A stretch of DNA of 57,639 nucleotides from an uncultured virus (IMG/VR IMGVR_UViG_3300024999_000051) (IMGVR_UViG_3300024999_000051), one strand, 5' to 3'. Positions 20,940 to 31,815 are shown, counted from the first letter of the stretch. Program-made: numbers and translations. The notes: generated by a model from the sequence alone, not told the origin.

Positions 20940-21222
20940 ATATAATAAATTATGTGGATACATTGAAGAATTACGAAAAGTTATGACTCAATGTTGAAAT
21001 AGCAGGAGAAGTTACGTAAGGTTATTTTCCTGCAAGAATTCAAATAAGACAACTGCGATTAATTTAGTTGTTGCCTTCATATCAGATAAGATGGTAATAA
21101 TGTTATAAAGACTAAATCCATCTATTATTTTAAATTACTGAATAGGTTTTGCACAATATAACCTAGATAAAAATTGTGCATTTACAATACTTTAAAAACT
21201 GCATTTCCTAGGTATTAAATAT

Positions 21223-21297
21223 GGACGATTAGCTTAACAGGAAAAGCGTGGGTTTGAAAAACCTAAGTTCGATGTTCGATCCATCGGTTGTCCACCA
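21223..21297 (+). tRNA. tRNA-Phe (GAA) with encoded CCA
   Basis: Cloverleaf: acceptor GGACGAT/GTTGTCC, D GCTT/AAGC, anticodon stem TGGGT/ACCTA with loop TTGAAAA, T arm CGATG-TTCGATC-CATCG, ACCA end. Confidence 0.85.
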
Positions 21298-21488
21298 AAT
21301 TATTATTATATTATTTATTCTCTATAAAGGAGATGATTAATAAAACAATGAAAGAAACTAATATATATGATTCAATTAATGAAGATACAACATGTCCTTT
21401 ATGTTTTAAAGGGAGGTTCTGGCTAAAATTTTATTGTGGTAAGACAATATTATGGTGTGCTGATTGTGGACACTGGATTATAATTTGA
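21288..21488 (+). CDS. Small zinc-ribbon protein (true start likely downstream of the tRNA)
   Basis: CPLC...CADC; AAGGAG RBS near 21327. Confidence 0.55.
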   Translation: MSTKLLLYYLFSIKEMINKTMKETNIYDSINEDTTCPLCFKGRFWLKFYCGKTILWCADCGHWIII

Positions 21489-21543
21489 TTTGTAAAGAAT
21501 AATAACTATAACGAGAGCAATGTATCGGAACAAGCGTGTTCCT

Positions 21544-21603
21544 CTTTCTAAATATTTCGCTATCGCTTCAATATTTAGGATTTGATTATTTAATTTAATA
21601 TTT
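21544..21603. repeat. Inverted copy of the 3389-3447 element
   Basis: About 2 differences over ~60 bp. Confidence 0.85.
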
Positions 21604-21627
21604 TAAATTTAAAGGAGGCATTTAATT

Positions 21628-21933
21628 ATGCAAAAAGTTAATTTTAGATATAGTGATACAAATTTTATATCTTATCTTATTACATTAGGATATAAATATA
21701 ATAACATTGAAATTACAAAAGATAAAGATTATGGAATTAAAGTTTTTATTCACTTTATTGGAGAAAAAGAAGAATTAATTAATCTTTATAACAATTTTAT
21801 AAATGATAATGCAAATATAAATGTTTTATCTTTCTCGAAAAACAGAAAACAAATCTCAAAAATCATTAGAGCAGAAATAGCAAAGTATGAGGCAACCCAA
21901 CCTGAGAAGAACGGGGTTACGAGTAATAACTAA
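21628..21933 (+). CDS. Hypothetical protein
   Basis: AAGGAGG RBS. Confidence 0.7.
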   Translation: MQKVNFRYSDTNFISYLITLGYKYNNIEITKDKDYGIKVFIHFIGEKEELINLYNNFINDNANINVLSFSKNRKQISKIIRAEIAKYEATQPEKNGVTSNN

Positions 21934-22083
21934 GAAGAGCAAACGTCTGAAAGTGTTATTATAACTTAATTTAAAAATAATTTTATGCATTATTAGGTAT
22001 CAATTCGGCATCTACATACCGACTTACTGAAAAGCTTGCTGTGTAGGTGTTTTTAGTGATTCCATAAAGGAGGGCATTTAAAT

Positions 22084-22671
22084 ATGTCAGAAATGAAAGA
22101 TTTTGTTAACGATATAAATAGCGAATTTGTAAATATGGTAGGTGGGTCTTACGCATCAATAAAAACTGGTGAAATATTTACACAAAAGGAATTAGATAAA
22201 CTTGTAAAAAGTAAAGTTGAAGCATTTAATATTGAAAGATTTAAAGAATCTGTTGCTTGTGGAGTACCACTTGATCAAGTTCTAATGAAGAAAAGGCCAC
22301 CTAAAAAGGAAACAAAAACAACTTATGAAGGTGGAGATTTTAATATTGTTTATCGTTTTAAATTAGAGGAGTTGATAAATATGCAATTAGAAGTAAATGA
22401 GAAACTTGTATATTACATATTAAGAGATTTTACAGTATTCCCTTCTAATTCTATTATGATAAATGATAAAGTTCCAACATTTGAAGAATTAGAACCTATT
22501 CTTGGATTAAAAGAAAGAACAATTAGGAAAGCAGTAAAAGCTCTTGAATTAAAAGGATTGTTTAAATTAAAACAATCTGGACATAAGAAAGTAATTTATG
22601 TGAATCCAGAATATTATGCCACGGGTAAGAATTTAGATATAGATACGGTAAAGATGTTTGATTTGATGTAA
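22084..22671 (+). CDS. Winged-HTH protein, RepL-like C-terminus
   Basis: EELEPILGLKERTIRKAVKALELKGL...IYVNPEY. Confidence 0.6.
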   Translation: MSEMKDFVNDINSEFVNMVGGSYASIKTGEIFTQKELDKLVKSKVEAFNIERFKESVACGVPLDQVLMKKRPPKKETKTTYEGGDFNIVYRFKLEELINMQLEVNEKLVYYILRDFTVFPSNSIMINDKVPTFEELEPILGLKERTIRKAVKALELKGLFKLKQSGHKKVIYVNPEYYATGKNLDIDTVKMFDLM

Positions 22672-22807
22672 TTGGTTAATAAACAATAAAAGGAGGTTCA
22701 TTTAAGTATGGGCAAGAAGAAAATAATTGGTGAAACTCTATGAAAATAACAGACTTAAAATCCAATGAAGGTGGTCTACATTATTATAATAAAGGATACT
22801 TAATGTA

Positions 22808-23365
22808 ATGGATTGGATAGTAAATAAAGAAGTTACATTTCAAGATCAAAATGGCTATAGATTTATTATAGATGTTGACAGATTAGAGTTTGGTTCGATG
22901 GAATCGTATGTTTATAAAAATATGGGTTCTTTGGAACCTTATCACAGTGGACAATGTTGGGATTGTATTCAACCTACTTCTTCAGAAGAATTTGATGAGT
23001 TAATTATAAATAATCTTATCTTTGGAGAAGCATGGAGAGATAGTATAATTGTTTTAAATAATGATTATGCATATTTTAAAATTCACCCTTGTAATTTTTG
23101 CAAATACAAAGGTAATGTTGATTGTATTTTAATATTTGATATTGCTTTTGCTAGAAAATGTGAGATCAAAATAGCTATAGAAGTAGAAAATACTTCACCA
23201 GTTAAATGGAATAAATTAAAATTCTGTAAAGAAAATGATATAACTTTAATTGAAGTTAAGGCAAAAGATATTAATAATGTAACTTTGCGTGAAAATAAAA
23301 TTATTTATGGATATGTTTTACACAGGGGAGATTCAATGGGAACTAATGGTTTAAAATATATTTAA
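22808..23365 (+). CDS. Putative PD-(D/E)XK nuclease
   Basis: FDIAF...IAIEVENT motif. Confidence 0.5.
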   Translation: MDWIVNKEVTFQDQNGYRFIIDVDRLEFGSMESYVYKNMGSLEPYHSGQCWDCIQPTSSEEFDELIINNLIFGEAWRDSIIVLNNDYAYFKIHPCNFCKYKGNVDCILIFDIAFARKCEIKIAIEVENTSPVKWNKLKFCKENDITLIEVKAKDINNVTLRENKIIYGYVLHRGDSMGTNGLKYI

Positions 23366-23435
23366 TAAAGTCCTATTTGATGATAATAATAAACAGAAAA
23401 TAATAAAAATAAATAAAAGGTGGTATCATTTCTTA

Positions 23436-24647
23436 TTGGATAAAACATTATTAGAAATATGCTATAAAAAATATAATAAAGAAACACAAATGAGTTGGTC
23501 TGAGATAGCTAAATTGTATTACAAGGGTAGTAATGGTGAAACTGGAACAGGAGAAGGATTAAGAAGTAAATTCAAGAAATATCGTAAAGCAAATGGAACA
23601 TTAAAAGCAAAAGATATTATTAATGGTATTATTATTGGTAATGGTGATGGTGATAGAGATGATCCATTTATTAAAGATAAGAAACTTTCTTCTCTTGATT
23701 TAAAAGAAATAGAGTTAAAGAAGGAAAGAGTACGACTCGGAGATCAAAGAAGCAAGTTAAATACTTTAATAAGGCAATCTGCTAGAAGCGATGGATTGAA
23801 AGAATTATTAGAATCAAGTATTAAGAATGGAAAATTTAATGATTTTGAATTTACTATTCCTAAACATCAATATGGTGAAGACAACGAAATGATAATTCCT
23901 ATCTCTGACAGTCATTACGCTCTATCAATTGATAATGAATTTGAAAAATATAATACAGATGTTTTTCTTGAAAGATTAGCAAATTACACAATGCAAATAT
24001 TAGATATTAAAAAGACACACAAAATAAATACTTGTCATATAGCGTTTTTAGGAGATTTGATTTCAGGAGTCCACATGAATATTATAAGATATTCTAATCA
24101 AGAAAATGTTGTTAGTCAAGTACAAAATTTCTCAGAATATATGGTTAAATTTTTAGATAAATTAAGTCAACACTTTGAGAATATGAATATTTACTTTGTG
24201 ACGGGAAATCATGCTAGAAACTTTCAAGATAAGAAAGAATCTATTGATAGTGAAAGATATGAGAATTTTATTATTTGGTATTTAAAAGCAAGAATGTCTA
24301 ATCATAAAAATATTGTTTTTCATGATTCTATTCTTGACAATACAATTGCTACTGGTAAGATTAAAGGCCATAGTTGTTTCTTTACGCATGGAGATAAAGA
24401 TACACCTTCTAGAATAGTTGAAAAATTAACATTAATGATTGGAGAAATACCAAAGTTAGTGTATTTTGGTCATTCCCATCATTTTAGTATTGATACAATT
24501 CAAAAAGTAAAAACAATCATGTCTGGAAGTTTTTGTGTCAACGATTCGTATTGTACGGGAATTAGAGTAATAGGAGAGCCTAGTCAAACAGTAAGTATTA
24601 TTGATGATAGTGGTTTGAAGTGTGTTTATGATTGCAAATTAAATTAA
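23436..24647 (+). CDS. Calcineurin-like metallophosphoesterase (yonJ-like position)
   Basis: DSH, GDLI, GNH, THGD, GHSHH motifs. Confidence 0.85.
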   Translation: MDKTLLEICYKKYNKETQMSWSEIAKLYYKGSNGETGTGEGLRSKFKKYRKANGTLKAKDIINGIIIGNGDGDRDDPFIKDKKLSSLDLKEIELKKERVRLGDQRSKLNTLIRQSARSDGLKELLESSIKNGKFNDFEFTIPKHQYGEDNEMIIPISDSHYALSIDNEFEKYNTDVFLERLANYTMQILDIKKTHKINTCHIAFLGDLISGVHMNIIRYSNQENVVSQVQNFSEYMVKFLDKLSQHFENMNIYFVTGNHARNFQDKKESIDSERYENFIIWYLKARMSNHKNIVFHDSILDNTIATGKIKGHSCFFTHGDKDTPSRIVEKLTLMIGEIPKLVYFGHSHHFSIDTIQKVKTIMSGSFCVNDSYCTGIRVIGEPSQTVSIIDDSGLKCVYDCKLN

Positions 24648-24682
24648 TAAATAATAATTGAAAGGTTAAAAGGTACATTCTT

Positions 24683-25177
24683 ATGGAATTTAGCAAAATC
24701 AAGTTCAAAGAAATTATTAATGAAACAACAAATGAAACTTCATACCAAATCAACGACAAATTTGTCACAAAAGAAGTATATGATTCAATGGAACAAGATG
24801 AATATCTATATATTTTACCCCCACTCCCTAAAATGAATGGTTCTCCTGAAAATAGCAATATTTCCAAACCTAGTAATGTCACTAATATTAATAAATATAG
24901 TTCGAATGATTCTGAATATAATTCTGATAATGAAGAATGTGATTGCCCTCAATGTCAAGAATTGTTAGATATAATCTATACAATTAGAGAAATGGATGAT
25001 TATGAAGCAAAGGAATTATTAACTAATTACATAGACGCGATAAAAACAAAAACTGGTTTAGAAACATCTACTGAAATATATAGTCAACTTGGAAATGGAA
25101 TGATTAAGGTTTCTGCTCAGTTGGATGTACAATTGGATAATTTTATGAGTCAATTTGACGTAATTGAAGAAGAATAG
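24683..25177 (+). CDS. Acidic hypothetical protein
   Basis: ORF track; CDCPQC. Confidence 0.7.
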   Translation: MEFSKIKFKEIINETTNETSYQINDKFVTKEVYDSMEQDEYLYILPPLPKMNGSPENSNISKPSNVTNINKYSSNDSEYNSDNEECDCPQCQELLDIIYTIREMDDYEAKELLTNYIDAIKTKTGLETSTEIYSQLGNGMIKVSAQLDVQLDNFMSQFDVIEEE

Positions 25178-25246
25178 AAGTTTATGGTTTATTAGATTAA
25201 GGATTAAACAATATTAAAAATAAAATATAAAGGCAGGAATAAAACA

Positions 25247-25657
25247 ATGAGAGTATTTAATGCAGAATCAGGATGGGATAAAGCTGAACAGAAATGGATT
25301 CAAATTTTGACGATTGATGGACAGGAAGTTGACTTGGAAACTTATGCTATGGAATTAGATAAAGAATCTAATGATAATGAAGAAGGCGTAATTGCTTATT
25401 CTTGTGATGATTATCAAGATGATAATGAAGAGGAAGACAATGATGAACACGATGAAGACTGTATGTGTGAAGATTGTTTAGAAGATAGGAAAAATATTTA
25501 TCTTGCTGAAGCTGTAAAATTCTTGTTTGAGAATAAATTATGCCCTAAACATGTTTTTGAATTGCTTGGAGATATTTATGATAAAGCAAATTATGAAGGA
25601 TATGAAGAGGGATATGAGGATGCGAAATTAGATATGAGAGAGTTTTTGGAGGATTAG
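25247..25657 (+). CDS. Acidic hypothetical protein
   Basis: ORF track; CMCEDC. Confidence 0.7.
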   Translation: MRVFNAESGWDKAEQKWIQILTIDGQEVDLETYAMELDKESNDNEEGVIAYSCDDYQDDNEEEDNDEHDEDCMCEDCLEDRKNIYLAEAVKFLFENKLCPKHVFELLGDIYDKANYEGYEEGYEDAKLDMREFLED

Positions 25658-25808
25658 ATTAGGATTAGTAAATATAACTCTATAGGTTATATTGTTGGTT
25701 TATAACTCAGATAGTAGACATCAATAATTTGATGTCTATTTTTGTGCGTTAAAACACAAACAAAGATAGATTGGGATTAATTACCCCAATTGAAAGAGTG
25801 GGTTCCTT

Positions 25809-26921
25809 ATGCCCATTCTTCTTTGTTTTATAAAAATAAGGGGAAATACACTAATAAGGAGTGAAGAAATGAAAAAATTAATGTCTCATACATATGAATA
25901 TGTATATAATTATTTCAAAGAAAGAGGATGCAAACTTCTAAGTAAAGAATATATAAATAATAGAACACCACTAGATTATATTTGTTTGTGTGGAAATCCA
26001 AGTAAAGTTTCTTTTAAAAATTTTAAAGGTGGAAATAGATGTAAAAAATGTATAAAAAATAATCCCACAAGAAAGAATTGGAATGCTTTTATGAAAACAA
26101 TGGAATTTGTTGAAGGATTTTTTAATAAAATGCATTGTAAATTATTATCTACCACATTTAATAATGATAAAGATAAGTTAAAATTTATTTGTTCTTGTGG
26201 TAAAGAAGATACGATTACCTTTGGAGCGTTTAAAAGAGGTTTGAGGTGCAAAGTTTGTTCAAATAATAAAAGTAGTAAAAATTTATCATATACCATTGAA
26301 TTTATTGATTATTACTTTACATATTTAGATATGAAGCTTTTATCAAATATATATGATAATGCTCAAACTGAGTTAAAATATGTTTGCACTTGTGGAAACG
26401 TGGCGCATACTAATTTCGCAAGAATAACTATGGGTAGTAGATGTGAAAAGTGTGCTATCAGTAGAAGAAGCGGTGAAAATTGTCATATGTATGACGAAGG
26501 ACAAACTCCTCTTGTTATACATTTGCGAGATAGAATAGGACAATGGAAAAGGGAATCTATGAAATTATCAAATTACAAATGTATAATCACTGGGAAAAGT
26601 TTTGATGTAGTTCATCATTTATATGGATTTAATATAATATTAAAAGAGACAATGAATATATTAAATTTAAAATATTATGATGAAATAAATAAATACACAA
26701 AAGAAGAATTAATTAATATTGAAAATATATGTTTTGAATTACATTATAAGCATGGTTTAGGGGTTTGTCTAGTTTTGCCAATGCATAAATTATTTCATTC
26801 CAGAGATTTATATGGAATAGGAGATAATACGCCAGAAGAGTTTGAAGAATTTAAAGTAAGATTAAAATCAGGAGAATTTAATGATTATTTATTAGAAAAT
26901 AATTTAACTTTGATAATTTAA
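25809..26921 (+). CDS. Free-standing Zn-finger-repeat HNH-like endonuclease (likely start ATG 25869)
   Basis: Repeated CxCG..RCxxC; C-terminal HHLY..H..FH..YG.G.NT domain shared with 29357. Confidence 0.7.
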   Translation: MPILLCFIKIRGNTLIRSEEMKKLMSHTYEYVYNYFKERGCKLLSKEYINNRTPLDYICLCGNPSKVSFKNFKGGNRCKKCIKNNPTRKNWNAFMKTMEFVEGFFNKMHCKLLSTTFNNDKDKLKFICSCGKEDTITFGAFKRGLRCKVCSNNKSSKNLSYTIEFIDYYFTYLDMKLLSNIYDNAQTELKYVCTCGNVAHTNFARITMGSRCEKCAISRRSGENCHMYDEGQTPLVIHLRDRIGQWKRESMKLSNYKCIITGKSFDVVHHLYGFNIILKETMNILNLKYYDEINKYTKEELINIENICFELHYKHGLGVCLVLPMHKLFHSRDLYGIGDNTPEEFEEFKVRLKSGEFNDYLLENNLTLII

Positions 26922-27051
26922 TATTTTTACAGTAGATAGAGGGCATCAGTGAGTTGATGCTCTTACTTGTATTGTAAAGGTACAATACAAATAAAAATTA
27001 CTGACTTTAATATTTAGAGTTTAGTCAGTGCTCTAGAAAGGATGATAAAAA

Positions 27052-27909
27052 ATGTATCAAGAGAAAATGGTGGTCTGTCTCAAAAACAATGGTAAAATCC
27101 TTAGAGAAAAAGAGGGAATAATTCAAATTCCATTTGGTTCAGAGTATTCTATTTACATCAAGAATCTTGAATCAAGAAAAGCAAAAGTTAAGATATCTAT
27201 AGATGGAGTAGATGTACTTAATGGTCAGTCATTATTAATTAATCCAAATGAGACAACTGAATTAGAAGGATTTTTGAATGATTGTATCGCAAAGAATAAA
27301 TTTAAATTTATTCCTAAGACAAAAGAAATTTCTGAATATCGTGGAGATAAAATTGAAGATGGATTGATTAGAGTGGAATTTTGGTATGAAAAATTAAAAC
27401 CAATAACTCAACATATTAATCAAGTGTTTAATCCTAATCCTAATCCTTGGTGGGTTACATATAAGCAGCCAACTTATGATATTAGTCCTACTTGGACAAC
27501 TAATACAAATTTAAATTGCAGTAATAGCACTAATATAGTTAATAAATCAATGCAAATGGATTGTTTAAGATCATTTGATAATAATGTTTGTCAAACAAGT
27601 CTTACATCAAACTGTTCTACTTCAGATATTACTGCTCAAAATTGTTCTTCATTGAATAGTATTAAAAGTTTTGATGATGGAATTACTGTAAAAGGCGAAG
27701 AAATTTCACAACAATTTAAGTATGGTAATATTGGTGTATTGGAAGAAAACTCCCATGTGATTATTTTAAGATTAGTTGGATTCAATGATATTGGAGATAA
27801 AGTTGAGAAAGTTGTTACTGTAAGAGATAAGTTGCAATGTAGGATTTGTGGGAAAGTTAGTGGATCTAGTGGTAAATTTTGTGATAGATGTGGGAGTTAT
27901 TTGGAGTGA
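27052..27909 (+). CDS. Hypothetical protein with C-terminal zinc ribbon
   Basis: CRICG...FCDRCG; flanked by ~70-bp direct repeats. Confidence 0.75.
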   Translation: MYQEKMVVCLKNNGKILREKEGIIQIPFGSEYSIYIKNLESRKAKVKISIDGVDVLNGQSLLINPNETTELEGFLNDCIAKNKFKFIPKTKEISEYRGDKIEDGLIRVEFWYEKLKPITQHINQVFNPNPNPWWVTYKQPTYDISPTWTTNTNLNCSNSTNIVNKSMQMDCLRSFDNNVCQTSLTSNCSTSDITAQNCSSLNSIKSFDDGITVKGEEISQQFKYGNIGVLEENSHVIILRLVGFNDIGDKVEKVVTVRDKLQCRICGKVSGSSGKFCDRCGSYLE

Positions 27910-28029
27910 TATAATTTATATAATTAAATAATATTTTTACAGTAGATAAGGAGCATCATTTATTTGGTGCTTCTCTTTGTGTTGTAAAGATACAATGCAA
28001 ATTTATGATTGAAATGAGGTGAAGTAAAA

Positions 28030-28233
28030 ATGACAGAACAGAATAAAAAAGAAAATAAGGATGAAGAAAGATATGTATTTATATATAATCCAGAACAAGC
28101 TTCATTCTATATGGAAAATGGAGTTATGGCAAAATCAACAGGAATTCATCCTAAAACAAAAAGAGTTTGGTTTAAATTTGGGTTTGATGATAGTTCAGAT
28201 GTGTATGGGCAGTGGTGTGTTAGAAATAGATGA
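28030..28233 (+). CDS. Small protein, paralog of 50395-50583
   Basis: ERYVFIYNPEQASFYMENGVMAKSTGIHPKTKRVW. Confidence 0.8.
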   Translation: MTEQNKKENKDEERYVFIYNPEQASFYMENGVMAKSTGIHPKTKRVWFKFGFDDSSDVYGQWCVRNR

Positions 28234-28276
28234 TTATTTATGATTGACAAAATAAAAATGAAAGTGGGAATTTAGA

Positions 28277-29077
28277 GTGGAAAATAATAATCAATTAATA
28301 ACAATAAATTACAATGGAGAAAATCAAACAGTATTAGGAAGAGAATTACATGATTTTTTAGAGGTAAAAACTCAATATAAAGACTGGTTCCCAAGAATGT
28401 GTGAGTATGGATTTGTCGAAAATGAAGATTTCAACTTGCTCAAAAATGAGCAAGTTCAAATAGAAGGCAATAGAAGCGTTTCAAGGGTAATAACAGATCA
28501 TCAAATGACAGTTGAAATGGCAAAAGAAATTTCTATGATTCAAAGAAGTGATAAAGGCAAATTAGCTAGGCAATATTTCATAGAGTTAGAAAAGAAATGG
28601 AATTCTCCTGAAGCAATTATGGCTAGGGCTTTAACTATGGCAAATAAGACAATAGATAATTTGAAATTACATACTTCCTTATTGGAAGCAAAAATAGAAG
28701 AACAAGCTCCTAAAGTAGAATTAGCAGATAGATTATTTATTTGTGATGCTGAAGTTAATATTGGAGAAGTAGCAAAATTATTTAATGAAAAAATAAGAAA
28801 AGGTAAATCAATTGGGCGGGATAGATTATTTGAGATTCTTCGTGAGGAGCATGTTCTTATGACATATGGAGCAGAAAAGAATAATCCTCAACAAAAGTAT
28901 ATTGACAATGGATGTATGGTTTTAAAAACTAGCACATTTGATAATGGACATGGTAAAACAAAATTATCATCTACAACTAAAGTTACTCCAAAAGGGATAA
29001 ATTGGTTATGGAATTTTCTTATTAAAAAGGGATATATAATGATTGATGATGTTTTGGTTAATGGTGATGAGGATTAG
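28277..29077 (+). CDS. AntA/AntB plus KilA-C antirepressor
   Basis: GRELHDFLEVKTQYKDWF, MAKEISM, ARQYFI, TTKVTPKG. Confidence 0.85.
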   Translation: MENNNQLITINYNGENQTVLGRELHDFLEVKTQYKDWFPRMCEYGFVENEDFNLLKNEQVQIEGNRSVSRVITDHQMTVEMAKEISMIQRSDKGKLARQYFIELEKKWNSPEAIMARALTMANKTIDNLKLHTSLLEAKIEEQAPKVELADRLFICDAEVNIGEVAKLFNEKIRKGKSIGRDRLFEILREEHVLMTYGAEKNNPQQKYIDNGCMVLKTSTFDNGHGKTKLSSTTKVTPKGINWLWNFLIKKGYIMIDDVLVNGDED

Positions 29078-29356
29078 ATTAAAATAATAAATAAAGTTTC
29101 CTAAGTTATAAGACGCTTGAGCAATCAGGCGTTTTCTGTGTGGATGGAAATAATAATAATACAAATTATTATAATGTTTTGTGGGTAAGTCGATATCTCA
29201 AGCAGGAATGTTTGAGATATTTGTTATTCACTGAAACATGTGGATTGGGGTAGATAATAATTCAGAGTCATGACTGAGTTTCTGTGCGTCTACCCTTTTA
29301 TATCTTTTAGTAAATAAGCACAGAAATAATATTGCACAGAAAGAAGGAATTAGATT

Positions 29357-30907
29357 ATGTTGTTAACAAAAGAGGTAGAGGTAATCCTCCATGCAAGCAC
29401 CACTAAACATTATGAATTATCAGGCTATAAAATTCCAAGAGTAAAGGTTAAAAACAAATACGTTGTTAAAAAAGGTACTACAATAATAATTAAAGTTGAA
29501 GATCTATTGCCTTTATCTAATGTAATAGTGGAGTATGAATGCGATTATTGCGAAAGGCCAAAACAAATAGCGTATTGTGATTATACTAGAAAAAATACAA
29601 AAAATGATAAAGATTGCTGTATAGATTGTTTAGGGAAATATAAATCGGAGATTTCTAAAGAATTGTGGAAAGAAAAATTACAATTAGAAGTTAAAATATG
29701 TAGTAAGTGTAAAAGAGAGTTTCCTAAAACTACTGAATATTTTCGTCATGATTGCCATATTTGTGATAGGGAGTTACCTATTAATAGAGATTTTTATGAT
29801 ATAGATGATAGATGTTTAGATGGATATAGGGGAATTTGCCGTGAGTGCAATGGAGAAGATTTTTATCCAGAAATAAAAGCAGAACCTTGGAGTCAGCAAG
29901 ATATTGATATCATAATTGAATATTACGAAGAAAAATTTACTAAAGATATTCAATATATGTTAACTACTACTAGAACTGAAAAAGCAATACTACATATGGC
30001 ATCTAAGTTGGATTTGAGGAAAAATGATAACTATATAAGAGATTATAAAAAAATAAAATATAAAATAATAGATAATAAACTATATAAATTGTGTAAATGC
30101 TGTGAGGAATACTTACCAGTAGACAGAGTATATTTTCCTGACGACAAAACATGTACTGATAATTTAAGAAACGTATGTAGAATGTGTATAGGAAATAAAT
30201 ATTTATTTGATTCAAATGTCCATATATGGACTCAAGATGAGATAAATATAATACTTAATAATTATGCCAATATGACAAATACAGAAATAAAAGATATTCA
30301 TTTTCCAAGTTTGACAAATGGAAAGATAATGAGCAAAGGTAATAGTTTAAATCTTTATAAATCACAAGAAACATTAGATAGAATGTTTATAGAACTTGGT
30401 AAAATGACATCAAATAGATTATTATTACTTGAAAAATGGAAAGGTGAAGATAATCCTCAATACGATAGTCAAAGATTCGGCAATCTAAATCCTAATTACA
30501 AAGATGGAATTAGTGCTTTATCGCAAGAATTGAGAAGGAATATTAAACAGTGGAAGTTAGATAGTATGGAAAATGCTAATTATAAATGCTTTCTGTCAGG
30601 AGATAGATTTGATGATATTCATCACTTATATAGTTTTGGCAGTATAGTTCAGGATACCTTAAATGAAACTGGGATACAATTGTATGAGAATATTTCTTCT
30701 TATACACAAGAAGAATTGCAAAAATTAATTGATAAATGTTTGGAAATACATTATCGTTACCCTCTGGGGATATGTATGCAAAAGAAATACCACATACAAT
30801 TCCATGTCGAATTTGGATATGGAAACAATACACCTGAACAATTTTATCAATTCATTGAAAATTATTATGATGGAAAATATAAAGACTTAGAAGAAGTTAG
30901 TTATTAA
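29357..30907 (+). CDS. Free-standing Zn-finger-repeat HNH-like endonuclease
   Basis: Multiple CxxC; C-terminal domain homologous to that of 25809. Confidence 0.7.
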   Translation: MLLTKEVEVILHASTTKHYELSGYKIPRVKVKNKYVVKKGTTIIIKVEDLLPLSNVIVEYECDYCERPKQIAYCDYTRKNTKNDKDCCIDCLGKYKSEISKELWKEKLQLEVKICSKCKREFPKTTEYFRHDCHICDRELPINRDFYDIDDRCLDGYRGICRECNGEDFYPEIKAEPWSQQDIDIIIEYYEEKFTKDIQYMLTTTRTEKAILHMASKLDLRKNDNYIRDYKKIKYKIIDNKLYKLCKCCEEYLPVDRVYFPDDKTCTDNLRNVCRMCIGNKYLFDSNVHIWTQDEINIILNNYANMTNTEIKDIHFPSLTNGKIMSKGNSLNLYKSQETLDRMFIELGKMTSNRLLLLEKWKGEDNPQYDSQRFGNLNPNYKDGISALSQELRRNIKQWKLDSMENANYKCFLSGDRFDDIHHLYSFGSIVQDTLNETGIQLYENISSYTQEELQKLIDKCLEIHYRYPLGICMQKKYHIQFHVEFGYGNNTPEQFYQFIENYYDGKYKDLEEVSY

Positions 30908-30943
30908 CTAACTTCTTTCCCAATTAAGTTAGGAGATTAAATT

Positions 30944-31804
30944 ATGGCAACACAAAAACCAAAAACAAAAGTAAAAATTAAGCGTAATGAAATAACTTGC
31001 ACAAAATGCGGATTGATTAAAACTTCAAATATAAGTAATTATTTCAAAACCGAAAATCCTTTATACAATGAATTTTTTCCAACGTGTAAAGATTGCATTT
31101 ATGAAGAATACAATTTAATGCTCACAAAAGGATCGAATATGCGAGAAGCAACAATTAAAATATGTGAAATGTTGGATCGTCCATTTATCAATGACGTATT
31201 TTTCTCAACATATGATAATCAAAAAGACAGCAAGAAATTTCTTGGTTTATTCCTAAAAAATTCATCTATGCAACAATGGAGAAAACAAGGTCTTTTAAGA
31301 TATAAAGACAGTATATTTGAAACAATAACATCAAATGTAAATAGCAATTCAGAAGAATTATTAGATTTATATAATAATAAAGAAGATAAAAAATATAGTA
31401 AACAATGGGTTGGGGACTATACACAATCAGATATTGAGTATTTGGATAATTATTTAAGGGGATTGCATACAGATTTTAAAATAGTAACAGAAAACCATAA
31501 AGATTATGCAAAAAAAATAGCAAAAGCAAGTTTACATATGGACAGATGTTTCCAAGATATGTTATTAAATATACCTCAATCTGATAAAAGATATAAAGAT
31601 GCAAGAGAAACGTTCGATACATTATCAAAGTCTGCACAATTTTCTGAACAAACTAGGGGGCAAAATGATGTAAGTTTAGGTTGTTTTGGAGTTTTATTTG
31701 AAAGAGTAGAACAAAAAAAATGGATACCTCTACATGTTCCTTTAGAAAAAGATGATTATGATAAAATGATTGAATATTTCTCAACCATTAATAAGTCCAT
31801 TTAA
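30944..31804 (+). CDS. Probable terminase small subunit (yonG-like position)
   Basis: Directly precedes TerL; N-terminal CxxC. Confidence 0.55.
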   Translation: MATQKPKTKVKIKRNEITCTKCGLIKTSNISNYFKTENPLYNEFFPTCKDCIYEEYNLMLTKGSNMREATIKICEMLDRPFINDVFFSTYDNQKDSKKFLGLFLKNSSMQQWRKQGLLRYKDSIFETITSNVNSNSEELLDLYNNKEDKKYSKQWVGDYTQSDIEYLDNYLRGLHTDFKIVTENHKDYAKKIAKASLHMDRCFQDMLLNIPQSDKRYKDARETFDTLSKSAQFSEQTRGQNDVSLGCFGVLFERVEQKKWIPLHVPLEKDDYDKMIEYFSTINKSI

Positions 31805-31815
31805 GGAGAAATATT

